Source: Bugula neritina (lineage: Eukaryota > Animalia > Bryozoa). From it: a DNA stretch of 64,000 bases. This document shows positions 39,901 to 52,800 of the stretch, piece by piece. Under the pieces are notes generated by a model. The model made no database searches, was not told the origin of the DNA, and was given only the letters and a program-made list of their open reading frames with translations. Where the stretch lies: NCBI GenBank assembly GCA_964035545.1, contig OZ037771.1, forward strand, positions 8,549,408 through 8,613,407, read 5' to 3'. The translations under genes were made by a program, and so were the position numbers. Within the stretch, counting starts at the first letter, position 1. Every line of letters starts with the position of its first letter.

Positions 39901-42585
39901 AAAAGACATCTATTGTAAGCATCTCCAGCTACATTGGTTGCATTTTCAGGTGTATATTCAATTCTCAAATGCCTTTGGCCAAGTAGTAGACAGCTACCTA
40001 GCATCAGCATCCTCTGACGAGCTCACCATAATGACTCAGAGGCAGCTGGGAGGGCTGAAGTCTGACGTAGATCTCGAAGTGAAGGGGGATAACGTGGTTG
40101 TGTTGTACCATCCTGGTCAGTTTCTATCTACTTCTAGTTCCTCCATTTTGTCTAAATCTCTTTTCTGTGCTCACTTTATTTCAACTATAAATTATGCTAA
40201 GTGATGCTAATAGTTAGCAGATGCATCAAGGTCAAGTGAATCACTCAAGTGCACTGGGCATTGTATTCGCATTCCATTCACTATGATGAAGCTTTCAGTG
40301 TTCAATTGCTTATTTCACAGTCATCTAGTATTTCACACAGCTGAGAAAAGTCTGCTATGAAATGCTGGCCCAGATTTGAAGTATCAATGCTTCTCAGTCA
40401 AAGGTTAAACATTCTGTTTGGTGCTAGCTCCCACCAGCTCTATTCTGTCACAATGCACTACATTTGCGCTGTAATCATGCAAATCATTGTTGACACATGA
40501 CTAAGGAGATGAGCTCACACATTGACCTGTGATGACTCATGCAGTGCTATAAATGACCTCTCTTTAAAACTTCATCCTATCTCTGTTTGAACAATTACAG
40601 CTGATTTTCTTCCATTCAATGAGATATCAAATAATAGTGATTAATAAACTTAATCAATGTTATGCCTTTGACAGACTCACTCACTCAAAGCATGAGTCAT
40701 TACCATAACATTATCTTAAGTGTACAACAGGAATAGTTATATTGTAGATTCCAAAATAAGGGTCACCGTTGGTAAAGTGGAAGATACGCTGTCTCTCGTA
40801 CTCACTATGCCACAGTCTCTGTATGACTCTGAGTCGGCTGGTGTTCTGGTGGATGGCTGTGAGGCTTACAATGGTGTGGCTGCCACTGGTGAGTACCTGT
40901 TGACTACACCTGCTGACATACTTGCCCCACTTTAGACTCACTACTTCTTTGACCTTTATGATGCCCAATTTGAACTTTTTAACCTTTTGTAAAGTTTCAG
41001 ACTGAAAGCAAATTGACTCCAGCTTTTAGAAGCTCAATCAGATTTTTTCTAGTGTCACAGCTGATGTTTAAAACAGGATTTCTTGGAAAAGTGATTTATG
41101 AGAAGGACATTAATGTGAATGGCTTATATGTTGTAGTACTGTAGTACAATATGCATAATGTTGTGAGTATATACTGTAGTAAAGTAGGCTACGATGTTTG
41201 CTATCTGTGATTAAGCCTCATGCAAGTTGAAAAAACCACAATGATGGCTACTATCAGATATTCACCTCTCTCTCTTATACAATTTTACTGCAGAAAGGGG
41301 TTAGCAATGTGAGGGTGGCATTGGCCAACTAGGAGTTTGACCTCTACCAATATTCATCCCACTTCATGTATGGAAATTAAACCCTGCATTTGACATCAAT
41401 GAGTTCAACATTTTTACCCTAAATCTTTGTGCTGTGTCCTGTAATTGTGTTTATGATCATCACATCTTTAATCTTACATTCAAGTTTTTGCTAAGCTGTC
41501 TACATATTACATAATTTGTCTTTCAAAGCAAATTGAGGTTCCACTGTTCCTTTTTTGTAACAGATACCTATCAAATGTTGTCACAAATGCTTGTTAAGGC
41601 ATTAGCTGGTGGAGTTTATATGTAGTCATCAATTTGGTTCTACGTGATGGCTTGTAGACTACCTGTTTTATATACCTTGATGCAGGGCATTGTTATTCAG
41701 TGAGCATTTGAGTTAATTGACACAACTCATTAGTGAAAACAAATGCTGAGCAAAATGGGAGGCTACCTATTTATTGATCATATGAGCTAGTGGGTACCAG
41801 GAAGATTGTAGTCTGATGACTGTTTCATCTGTCCGGGTTTTCTTTTCTAACTATTGTTTTTTCATTTTAACTTGATGAGTTTTAATCACCACCAAAGGAC
41901 TAGTCATCTGTATGATTCACACTATTTATCCCATGTTTATTGGACTGCTGCCAAAAGTAAGAGAACTAATTTGTGATTGGACAGAAGTTCTACACTAAGT
42001 TATGCACAGTATAGTTACACAACTGTTGTTTGTAGATGTTACCACGGTTACTAATGATGACTGCATATCCAAATGTGCTTCTGCTGCTGCATATAAAGAT
42101 GAATGTGCCTATGACTGTGATAATGGTATAGCTGGATCAGTAAGTGGACATTATACTGTATAATACATCACTCTAACATATAACATTTACAATTGGACAG
42201 TTCTATAGTTTGTCAACCATAAAACTTGAGCTGTTCTTACTTGTATATGTAGTATTTCCGGTGTATTGTGATAATTTAAAGTTTGTTTTTATGGATCTAG
42301 ATATTTAAATATGTCCAGATATTTTTAACAATTAGTACTATTATCACCCAAGAATGTTAACTATGTTTCTACCATGCAATTAATCACGTGACTAGACTAG
42401 CTCTTCCTCCAGCAGTAATACTAAGGATGCTTATAACATTGTAGAATGAGATCTACACTCTATTAGTCACTCAGATTTCGGAAGCAGAAGCCCCTATTAT
42501 TGATGAACAAGGTGGCGTTGGCAGCTCTGGCACCCTGGCACTCTCCCTTATTACTATGTTCCTATCACTGCTACTCGTATTGTAA
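36975..42585 (+). CDS. Divergent repulsive guidance molecule (RGM)-like / partial vWD protein, secreted and probably GPI-anchored, ~467 aa, 10 coding exons
   Basis: Exons 36975-37026, 37704-37902, 38091-38200, 38443-38587, 38930-39089, 39398-39583, 39950-40115, 40748-40888, 42036-42139, 42445-42585 join in frame with GT-AG introns; signal peptide MEILYGLLIITYLIHPAATQA; C-terminal GSSG + hydrophobic tail; RGM-like blocks SLVGFAHL...TC...LLWNPYINI, YLASASSDEL, LSLVLTMP...GVLVDGC, YKDECAYD. Confidence 0.78.
37960..38070. repeat. ~20-bp intronic minisatellite (GT(T/G)ACAGAGAT(C/G)TCTATGCT)n
   Basis: About 5 units ending just upstream of the 38091 acceptor. Confidence 0.85.
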
Positions 42586-43820
42586 CTACCAGAAAATCAC
42601 TCATCTCCATCTCTCTTTCACTTGTCTTCCATTTTTTTTTCAGAACAAACTATCTACTTACTTACTATATGTATTATTTTATGCTTTAATCTACTCAAAG
42701 TTTTATTATATATACCTACGCATATCATTTTATCAGATGGTGCCTACTTTACTAGATGCTTAATATTTTTAGTTGTGAATCAAAAACATTTCGTCATGTT
42801 TAAGAGATAATTTTTAGCATGTGTTAATAGATTTTATAAAAGCTCTCAACAATCTAATTTCGTGATGAGTTTTCATCAATAAGAATATATTATGTTTATT
42901 TTGTAAATCAATGTAGTATTCTAGTTATATAATATGCTTACATTCCATAGTTCTTTATTGTCAATAAGTTATTAAGAAAAATAAACACAACTTATATAAC
43001 ATGAACACATATGATCTTTTTTCAACAGCTCTCAACATTTTGCCTCCGATATTTATGGAGCGAAACTCTTTCAAAGCAGTAAGTAGAAATATAATTAAGT
43101 TAGAAGCAATTATAACAATCAACTGCCAAAATAATTGTATTTTTATCCAAATTGATTAATTCTATTTTTAAGAATGCTAATTTTTGTACTGCTGGTTTCA
43201 AAAGCTAATTAGGGTTTTTAAGTAAATACCCTATCACACAGCTCTAACATTAAATGCATCTAATCCAACTAGTGCTAAAAATATTTTTATAAAATATTAT
43301 AAAAACATGTTTAGCACTAGTTGGATTGCTTTGAAGGAAGTGCATTGTGTAACTGCCTCAGTGTGGTCCACACTAATTAAATTGCATGTTAGCCAATGTT
43401 AACAAAGGCATCTTTTAGCAAGTTATATTTTCACACACTTTATTAAACTAAAAATATTAAAAAACAACATTCCTTTCAAGAAAATCCAAGTACACAATAT
43501 CAGCACATCTTGAAACAATTAACCACAGAAATTGCTAGAAGTTACATTATTTCTAACTCATGTTTGGCATTAGTTGGATGGAATAAAACCACAACAAATC
43601 AATCTATATGATTGACCAGTGTTAAAATAGTGTTTGGGTGCCAGAGGAAAGTTCATTAAGAAATTGATAAACAAGGGTGCACAATAATGTATAATAGGGT
43701 GGGATGAAACCAATGTAACATAAAATTAAGTGACAATTACTACTAGGACATATTATATAGAATGAGATGCCAGACTCATACCAACAGTAATATCAAGTTG
43801 TTTCCTCTTCTTACACATAC

Positions 43821-46800
43821 CTACACAACGTAAACTAACTTCGTTACAGGTTCATTAAACCCAGATATACAGATCTCACTTGTCGGAGATACTGTAAAGA
43901 CACTATCATCTGATACATTGACAAGGCCACTCTGCAAATTATCCGGTTTCGGCATCCTCCGTTGGTCTTGGGGACATTCATATGTGCGTAGTTGAATATC
44001 AGACTTGTCTAAAATTACGAAACACTTATATTTAGTCAAGCCTACCTACACAAGTCACATTGTTAAATTTTTGCTTAAATTCATATGAATCAAAGACAGG
44101 CACTCAACTTGTGTAAGCTAGTGAATGGTCATTTGATGCTAGCATAGTTGCTATATTGAAGTTCAAAAATTGTTCAAACAGAATGACAAAATGATTTCTT
44201 TTTCTTTTGTAACACACAATACCTAATTACTGGCTGATTGGTGCACGAATCAGTATAACTTGAAAAGAAAATTGATTGAATTAAGTTCAACAATTCAGTG
44301 CTAAAAGCAATTAAAAACTGATTAGGTAAACTGGCTGGGCAAACAGAGTGAATGAAGTTTCACACAGTGCAAGAGATGTTTATCGCTCAGTTAAATAATG
44401 TTCTAAATTTGCAGCATAACTTCTGCTAAAAGTGTTCACTGGTGTGAAAATATTGGAACTCTAAGTTTGTACCATAGAGAAAGGCATTTTAACAAGAATA
44501 TCAGGAAATATTTAGAGGAATGCTTGTATTTATCATAAATCAACAGACTAATTGATATACCAATTGATAAATTGATTAATGGTATAAAACAGCAATGTTA
44601 ATAAACCAGTAGGCATTTATGCCAATTGGTACATCAACTATACATCAGAAGATTTTAAAGTAGAGGTTTAATAAAGACAGCAACATATTCCTTAACATAT
44701 TGCAACAGACAATAACTACACATAAAGGGGCCACACAAACTTTTCCAACTGAAGGGGTCTATATACAAATATCATAGTGCAATCAAAGAAATGATGGCAT
44801 GCAAAGTTATATATAGAAGTTTGAGGGAAGATTTTGACTAATGAAAAGTTTGTTCAAGTTTCTAAACGAAAGCTAAGTATATGCTTTATTAATTCAGCCT
44901 TTGGGAGAGGTTTCAACCCTCTCCCAATGGCGTCACATCTATGACTACATTTTCTAAAAGTTCCAAATTTACAGGGTAGTCTTATAATGAAAATCTCGGT
45001 ACACACCACTTCTGTTAGAGTGTGAGTGAGCATCGTTTATTATAGAGCATTAATTGAGTTTGTCAGACTGAAAAGCTTACTAGCTAACTTAAGCATGTAC
45101 AAAGTGCTACCAGACAATAGTTGAACATCTCTAGGTCCACCCATCAACTAAAAATTACTTGTGTTAAAACTTTCTTAGTTGCTCCTACTGACCGATGAGA
45201 AAATAAACTAAAATAACCCACTGAAATATTCACACCAACATTACAACATAAAATACTAGCATGAAAATAATAACTTGCAAGTTGTTCTATAAATTTTGCG
45301 AAGCAATAAATGAATATTAAAGTGAAATATATCTATAACAAAACTTGTTGTTATCAAGAGAGAGCTAATCTGTTGTAAAGATTTGAGTTTTAAACCATTT
45401 TGGAGCTTTAGATAGAAGACAATTCCAGAAAACAAGAGATTCTACCTTTCACTATATTCTGTAAGTGAGAGGCTATCCTAGCTTTGACAACTCCGGCAGT
45501 TTCATTATTGAATATAGGGAAATCAAAGCCGAAGACACCATTGCAAGGCTGAGGGTTAGCCAGGTTAAGGGAGGCAGCTGTGAGGACCATGAAGGGCTTA
45601 TTCGGTCTGCAGTCATCCTTTATACTGTCCACAGCGTTACTGGAGTCACATATCTCTACGTCTTCCAGCTAAAGAATATTGAGATTCTACAATACTGAAT
45701 AACTCCAACAAAAACGCTAACTGAGATTGTTATAATTGGGGAGACAATTTCCACTTGAGAAGACTGGAGAGAGTTCAAAATAAACGAAGTTATGAAGCAG
45801 CTGCAGATATTAAATCATTCATATGACATAAAATTGATCGGACTATATATATGTAACAGTCTCAAGGGAGTTCAAGCCTTCCTCATGACCTATGAAAGTG
45901 TGTGAGGAGAAAGGGAACACTGTATCTCATTTGAACAATCTATGCATTTGGTTCAACAAATATATCCGGCATGGCCTAATGGAGAAAGTTCATAGATATA
46001 TGTAGTGAATAATGTACAACTGGTGGTGGTAGATTCTCCTACTGAGAATCTTCACACTTACATCCAGTGTCTTCTTGATGTACTCCTTACATAGACTTAG
46101 CACTTCCATCTCATCGACTTCTGAAGTCGTATTTAGAGCAGATGGGCCGTCCCTCTCAACATTCTCCTGTAGGACCACAATACATTAGATATTATATTAC
46201 ATAGACATATGGTACATATGTAATATAATATTACATATACATATGGTACATATGTAATATAATATTGCATATACATTTTTTTGATAAATAGAAAAGTAAC
46301 TTTCTATTTAATAGAACTTTTGAAATGAGGAGATACACTTATAACAATAAACAAGTACCTGTAATTCTAGAAATAATATACTATGAGCGAAACTAAAAAC
46401 CAGTTTGGTAATTTGAATGAATTTTGACTTCTAGATTACCTGTACAGCCAATCTAACTAAAGACTGAGGACCTATCAATAATTTTTTGTTTTACTAAGTT
46501 CTAATTCTGTCATTAGCCAAAATTATAAACACCTACCTTCAGCAAAGCAACAAAAGGCATTAGTTTCTTCTTGTGTTTGGAAGGTATGTCCACATCTTTC
46601 AAAGCAGTTACTATTGTCCTATTGTCTGGCAGAGTGTTGGTATCATCCAACAGCTCATGTAACTTGTGTAGAACTCTATCCTGCCACGGAGGGAAATTCT
46701 TTGCAACCCAAATTATAGCATGTCGAGGCTTGAGCTTCTTTGCAGCTTCTTCCTTAGAACCTATTAATGAACACGTGCTATTATATGCCGAACAACCTAT

Positions 46801-49800
46801 ACATTAAATACCGGCTCTTTTATATGCAGGGTATTTAATTCATAAATGAAAAAAAATATATACACACCACCCTATAAGTCTAATAAGATACTGCAGTGTA
46901 GTTAACTATATCAACACTATGAGTATACCACTGTACTAAGGAATAGTAGAGATAGAGATATAACACTATACTAAGGAATAGTAGAGATGGAGATATAACA
47001 CTGTACTAAGGAATAGTAGAGATAGAGATATAACACTATACTAAGGAATAGTAGAGATGGAGATATAACACTGTACTAAGGAATAGTAGAGATGGAGATA
47101 TAACACTGTACTAAGGAATAGTAGAGATAGAGATATAACACTATACTAAGGAATAGTAGAGATGGAGATATAACACTGTACTAAGGAACAGTAGAGATGG
47201 AGATATAACACTGTACTAAGGAATAGTAGAGATGGAGATATAACACTGTACTAAGGAATAGTAGAGATAGAGATATAACACTGTACTAAGGAATAGTAGA
47301 GATGGAGATATAACACTGTACTAAGGAATAGTAGAGATGGAGATATAACACTGTACTAAGGAATAGTAGAGATGGAGATATAACACTGTACTAAGGAACA
47401 GTAGAGATGGAGATATAACACTGTACTAAGGAATAGTACGAGATGGAGATATAACACTGTACTAAGGAACAGTAGAGATGGAGATATAACACTGTACTAA
47501 GGAATAGTAGAGATGGAGATATAACACTGTACTAAGGAATAGTAGAGATGGAGATATAACACTGTACTAAGGAACAGTAGAGATGGAGATATAACACTGT
47601 ACTAAGGAATAGTAGAGATGGAGATATAACACTGTACTAAGGAATAGTAGAGATGGAGATATAACACTGTACTAAGGAATAGTACGAGATATAACACTGT
47701 ACTAAGGAATAGTAGAGATGGAGATATAACACTATACTAAGGAACAGTAGAGATGGAGATATAACACTATACTAAGGAACAGTAGAGATGGAGATATAAC
47801 ACTATACTAAGGAACAGTAGAGATGGAGATATAACACTGTACTAAGGAACAGTAGAGATGGAGATATAACACTGTACTAAGGAATAGTACGAGATGGAGA
47901 TATAACACTGTACTAAGGAATAGTAGAGATGGAGATATAACACTGTACTAAGGAATAGTAGAGATGGAGATATAACACTGTACTAAGGAATAGTAGAGAT
48001 GGAGATATAACACTGTACTAAGGAATAGTAGAGATGGAGATATAACACTGTACTAAGGAATAGTAGAGATGGAGATATAACACTGTACTAAGGAATAGTA
48101 GAGATGGAGATATAACACTGTACTAAGGAATAGTACGAGATATAACACTGTACTAAGGAACAGTAGAGATGGAGATATAACACTGTACTAAGGAATAGTA
48201 GAGATGGAGATATAACACTATACTAAGGAATAGTACGAGATATAACACTGTACTGAGGAATAGTACGAGATATAACACTGTACTAAGGAATAGTACGAGA
48301 TAGAGATATAACACTGTACTAAGGAATAGTAGAGATGGAGATATAACACTATACTAAGGAACAGTAGAGATGGAGATATAACACTATACTAAGGAATAGT
48401 AGAGATGGAGATATAACACTGTACTAAGGAATAGTAGAGATGGAGATATAACACTGTACTAAGGAATAGTACGAGATATAACACTGTACTAAGGAACAGT
48501 AGAGATGGAGATATAACACTATACTAAGGAACAGTAGAGATGGAGATATAACACTATACTAAGGAACAGTAGAGATGGAGATATAACACTATACTAAGGA
48601 ACAGTAGAGATGGAGATATAACACTGTACTAAGGAACAGTAGAGATGGAGATATAACACTGTACTAAGGAATAGTACGAGATGGAGATATAACACTGTAC
48701 TAAGGAATAGTAGAGATGGAGATATAACACTGTACTAAGGAATAGTAGAGATGGAGATATAACACTGTACTAAGGAATAGTAGAGATGGAGATATAACAC
48801 TGTACTAAGGAATAGTAGAGATGGAGATATAACACTATACTAAGGAATAGTACGAGATATAACACTGTACTGAGGAATAGTACGAGATATAACACTGTAC
48901 TAAGGAATAGTACGAGATAGAGATATAACACTGTACTAAGGAATAGTAGAGATGGAGATATAACACTATACTAAGGAACAGTAGAGATGGAGATATAACA
49001 CTATACTAAGGAACAGTAGAGATGGAGATATAACACTGTACTAAGGAACAGTAGAGATGGAGATATAACACTGTACTAAGGAACAGTAGAGATGGAGATA
49101 TAACACTGTACTAAGGAATAGTAGAGATGGAGATATAACACTGTACTAAGGAATAGTACGAGATAGAGATATAACACTGTACTAAGGAATAGTAGAGATG
49201 GAGATATAACACTGTACTAAGGAATAGTAGAGATGGAGATATAACACTGTACTGAGGAATAGTACGAGATATAACACTGTACTAAGGAATAGTACGAGAT
49301 ATAACACTGTACTGAGGAATAGTACGAGATATAACACTGTACTAAGGAATAGTAGAGATAGAGATATAACACTGTACTAAGGAATAGTAGAGATGGAGAT
49401 ATAACACTGTACTAAGGAACAGTAGAGATAGAGATATAACACTGTACTAAGGAATAGTAGAGATGGAGATATAACACTGTACTGAGGAATAGTACGAGAT
49501 ATAACACTGTACTAAGGAATAGTAGAGATAGAGATATAACACTGTACTAAGGAATAGTAGAGATGGAGATATAACACTGTACTAAGGAACAGTAGAGATG
49601 GAGATATAACACTGTACTAAGGAATAGTAGAGATGGAGATATAACACTGTACTAAGGAATAGTACGAGATGGAGATATAACACTATACTAAGGAATAGTA
49701 CGAGATATAACACTGTACTAAGGAATAGTACGAGATATAACACTGTACTAAGGAATAGTAGAGATGGAGATATAACACTATACTAAGGAACAGTAGAGAT

Positions 49801-52800
49801 GGAGATATAACACTATACTAAGGAACAGTAGAGATGGAGATATAACACTGTACTAAGGAACAGTAGAGATGGAGATATAACACTGTACTAAGGAATAGTA
49901 GAGATGGAGATATAACACTGTACTAAGGAACAGTAGAGATGGAGATATAACACTGTACTAAGGAATAGTACGAGATAGAGATATAACACTGTACTAAGGA
50001 ATAGTACGAGATAGAGATATAACACTGTACTAAGGAATAGTAGAGATGGAGATATAACACTGTACTAAGGAATAGTAGAGATGGAGATATAACACTGTAC
50101 TAAGGAATAGTATGAGATGGAGATATCAGTGTATTTACTCAGTCTGCAGGTGTTAGCTCACAGTCAATGAAAGAAAAAAACAGTTTACAAGAAACATTAG
50201 ACGAAGCAAGATGGAGATTGATAGACAATGGATAATGGTGGTCATGATGACTGCAATAGCAGCTTCCAAGACAATAGCTGCACCAGATCACTTTAATTGG
50301 GTATCCAAAGGAGTTGTGGCACCACCAAAAAACCAAGGACAGCTGGGAAGCTCAGAGCTGTACGCTGCTGCAGACGCAATTCACAGCTATGTGGCTATAA
50401 ATTCAGGAAGAATGGTGGCTCCAAGTGTCTACGAGATGAACGACTGCTGCAAGAAGTTGGAGAATCTCTTCTCGTGTGTGCTACGCCTGGGGGGCCTGTG
50501 CAGTGACAAGGACTACCCCAGTGTCACAGGGTCATGCAGGAGTCACAGCTGTCCTGGTGACATAACTATCAAAGGCTTTAGGAACGTAACAATGGGCTCC
50601 GAAAGAGACTTGATGATGGCTGTGCTGGTTAACCCTGTAGTTGTGAATATAGACGCTTCATTAGAGTCATTCCAACTGTACCGCGGAGGAGTCTACAGTG
50701 ACAGCGCTTGCTCAAGTCAGCGATTAGACCACGCCCTGCTGCTGGTTGGTTACGGGACGATGCAAGGGTCAGACTACTGGCTGTGTCAAAATAGCTGGGG
50801 ATCCTCCTGGGGTCAAAAAGGCTACATTCTAATTGCAAGAAACAAAAGTAACATGTGTGGCATCGCATCTGCTGCTTCATATCCTATTTGAAGCCCTAAC
50901 ACTATACATATATTCAGAAACATATTATGATGTATCTGTATTCAGGAATATATTAACAGTATGTATATGTATCTATTTGTTTACAAAGCCAGACTTCAAA
51001 AGCTTCATATATAAAGTTTATTTTGTGTTGGTTTAGTTTTCTTCCTGATACAACGACTCTAGCTACTACAATATATTACTACAACACTGCATTTCACAGT
51101 TCACTTAATAACCATTATTACTAATACTATACTAGTACCAATACATTGGATCATAAAGCCTGCTTAAGGAAGAAGCCACATTAGGCAGACTTCCAGCATG
51201 AACGTCCAAATACGTGAAAATTAGCTGCAGGAACCATTTAACACATTGCATTTCGTAGGGAGCGGAAATTTAATAGCTAATGATATTAGCGTTTAACTTT
51301 GCTGCTGCCCTACAGGCTTTTGTTATATAAATAAGTGAGAAGATAACTCTATATTTAAACACAAAAAAGAAAAAACTCAATTGATAGAAAGTAAAAACAT
51401 GAACTCAAAACTCAAAGTGTGCTCGCTAAATAGCAACCAGCCAATAAGATCAAATCCAGACCAACTTTCCAAACTGATTGTTCAGAATTTTGCCTGCACG
51501 GAACCCACCCACAACAGCTCATTTTTGGCCTGTGCGAATCTCCTGCATGGCCAGTACATGAAATCTTCTTAGTATGATACCCTTACATGCTGCTGCAACA
51601 ATTCAGCCCACATAGCAATGTTTTTGTGAAAAACACATGTTTTATAGCCAGCTGCTAAACAGACAAGCATATTGAGACATTGAAAACATAACACCCTATA
51701 GAGCACCCTTAAGTAGAGTGTGAACAGACGCTGGCAAAAATGAGAAAAAGTATAGAAATCAAATAGAATTGGTGAAAACTTCTCTGAACAGTGCGGTGGA
51801 GTGGTGAAAGAATAAGAGTATCACAGGTACACAACCAGGGAAACATGTGGCCAGAATAACCTTCTATTCACAGCTGAACTGCTGACAGTCCAGTCCTAAA
51901 AATCACTAAGGAGAGGCAGTTAAACCTGCTGAAATATGGTGGTGACAGCTGATTAAACGGCTACTGGAAATTTTTAATGCATTAGGAACAGTGAAGTGAC
52001 TTTTGCTGACTTAAAATACTTAACATTATACGGCTAACAAACAGAGACCTTATCTAAACATTTAACCTTTCAAAAGATGACTACAATGTACATAAACCAA
52101 GTACTTCCTTGGAAAACAGCTAGAAGCAGCACCAAGTTGGTGGTCACTGAGTGCAGTTTGAAAGTTGGGGTTTGGAGTTTAGACAAACCAATGGCTATAC
52201 AAACTCTGCACTGAGTCACCACAACTGCGTGCTGCTTCTAGCGATTTTCATCCCCTTGAGTCCAGAGCACACAGCGAGCAGAGCATACCTTTAGCCTGAG
52301 ATTTAGCCTGTGACTTAGCCGGTTTAGAGACTGTCATAAACTGTTTTGATCTCAGTCTAAACTCGTGGCAGGAATCCATAAGGTAGTCGATATCCTTGAG
52401 CAGAGAGGCATTATAAGGAGCTGTCACAGGCCACGATGCACGCATAATTGAGCTCTCCTGCAAGGTGTATCAGTTATAGTGAGTACAGAGTATCAGTTAT
52501 AGTGAGTACAGAGTATCAGTTATAGTGAGTACAGAGTATCAGTTATAGTGAGTACAGAGTATCAGTTATAGTGAGTACAGAGTATCAGTTATAGTGAGTA
52601 CAGAGTATCAGTTATAGTTAGTATAGTCAGTTCTAGTCAGTATCTAGTTTCAGGCAGAATTTCAGATTAACTATTAAATTTCAAAATAAAGCTGCCTATA
52701 TGATAGTTTACTACATGTAGCTTTCTACAAAATTTCGATATAGGAATAATATACTTCAAGTTCAAAATCCATCTAAAGATCATACAGAAACTGTCTTCCA

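Noticed and set aside
40675-40736. Alternative acceptor giving a truncated soluble RGM-like isoform
   Set aside because: Only an AG followed by an in-frame stop; no independent support. The 40748 acceptor preserves homology.
46928-50126. CRISPR-like array (35-bp periodicity)
   Set aside because: Units are contiguous with no unique spacers, there are no cas genes, and the context is a eukaryotic intron.
50211-50891. Calling the nested gene a true silicatein or an active cathepsin L
   Set aside because: Motif differs from silicatein-type CGASYAF, it lacks the propeptide, and the catalytic Cys is absent; orthology cannot be shown without a phylogeny.
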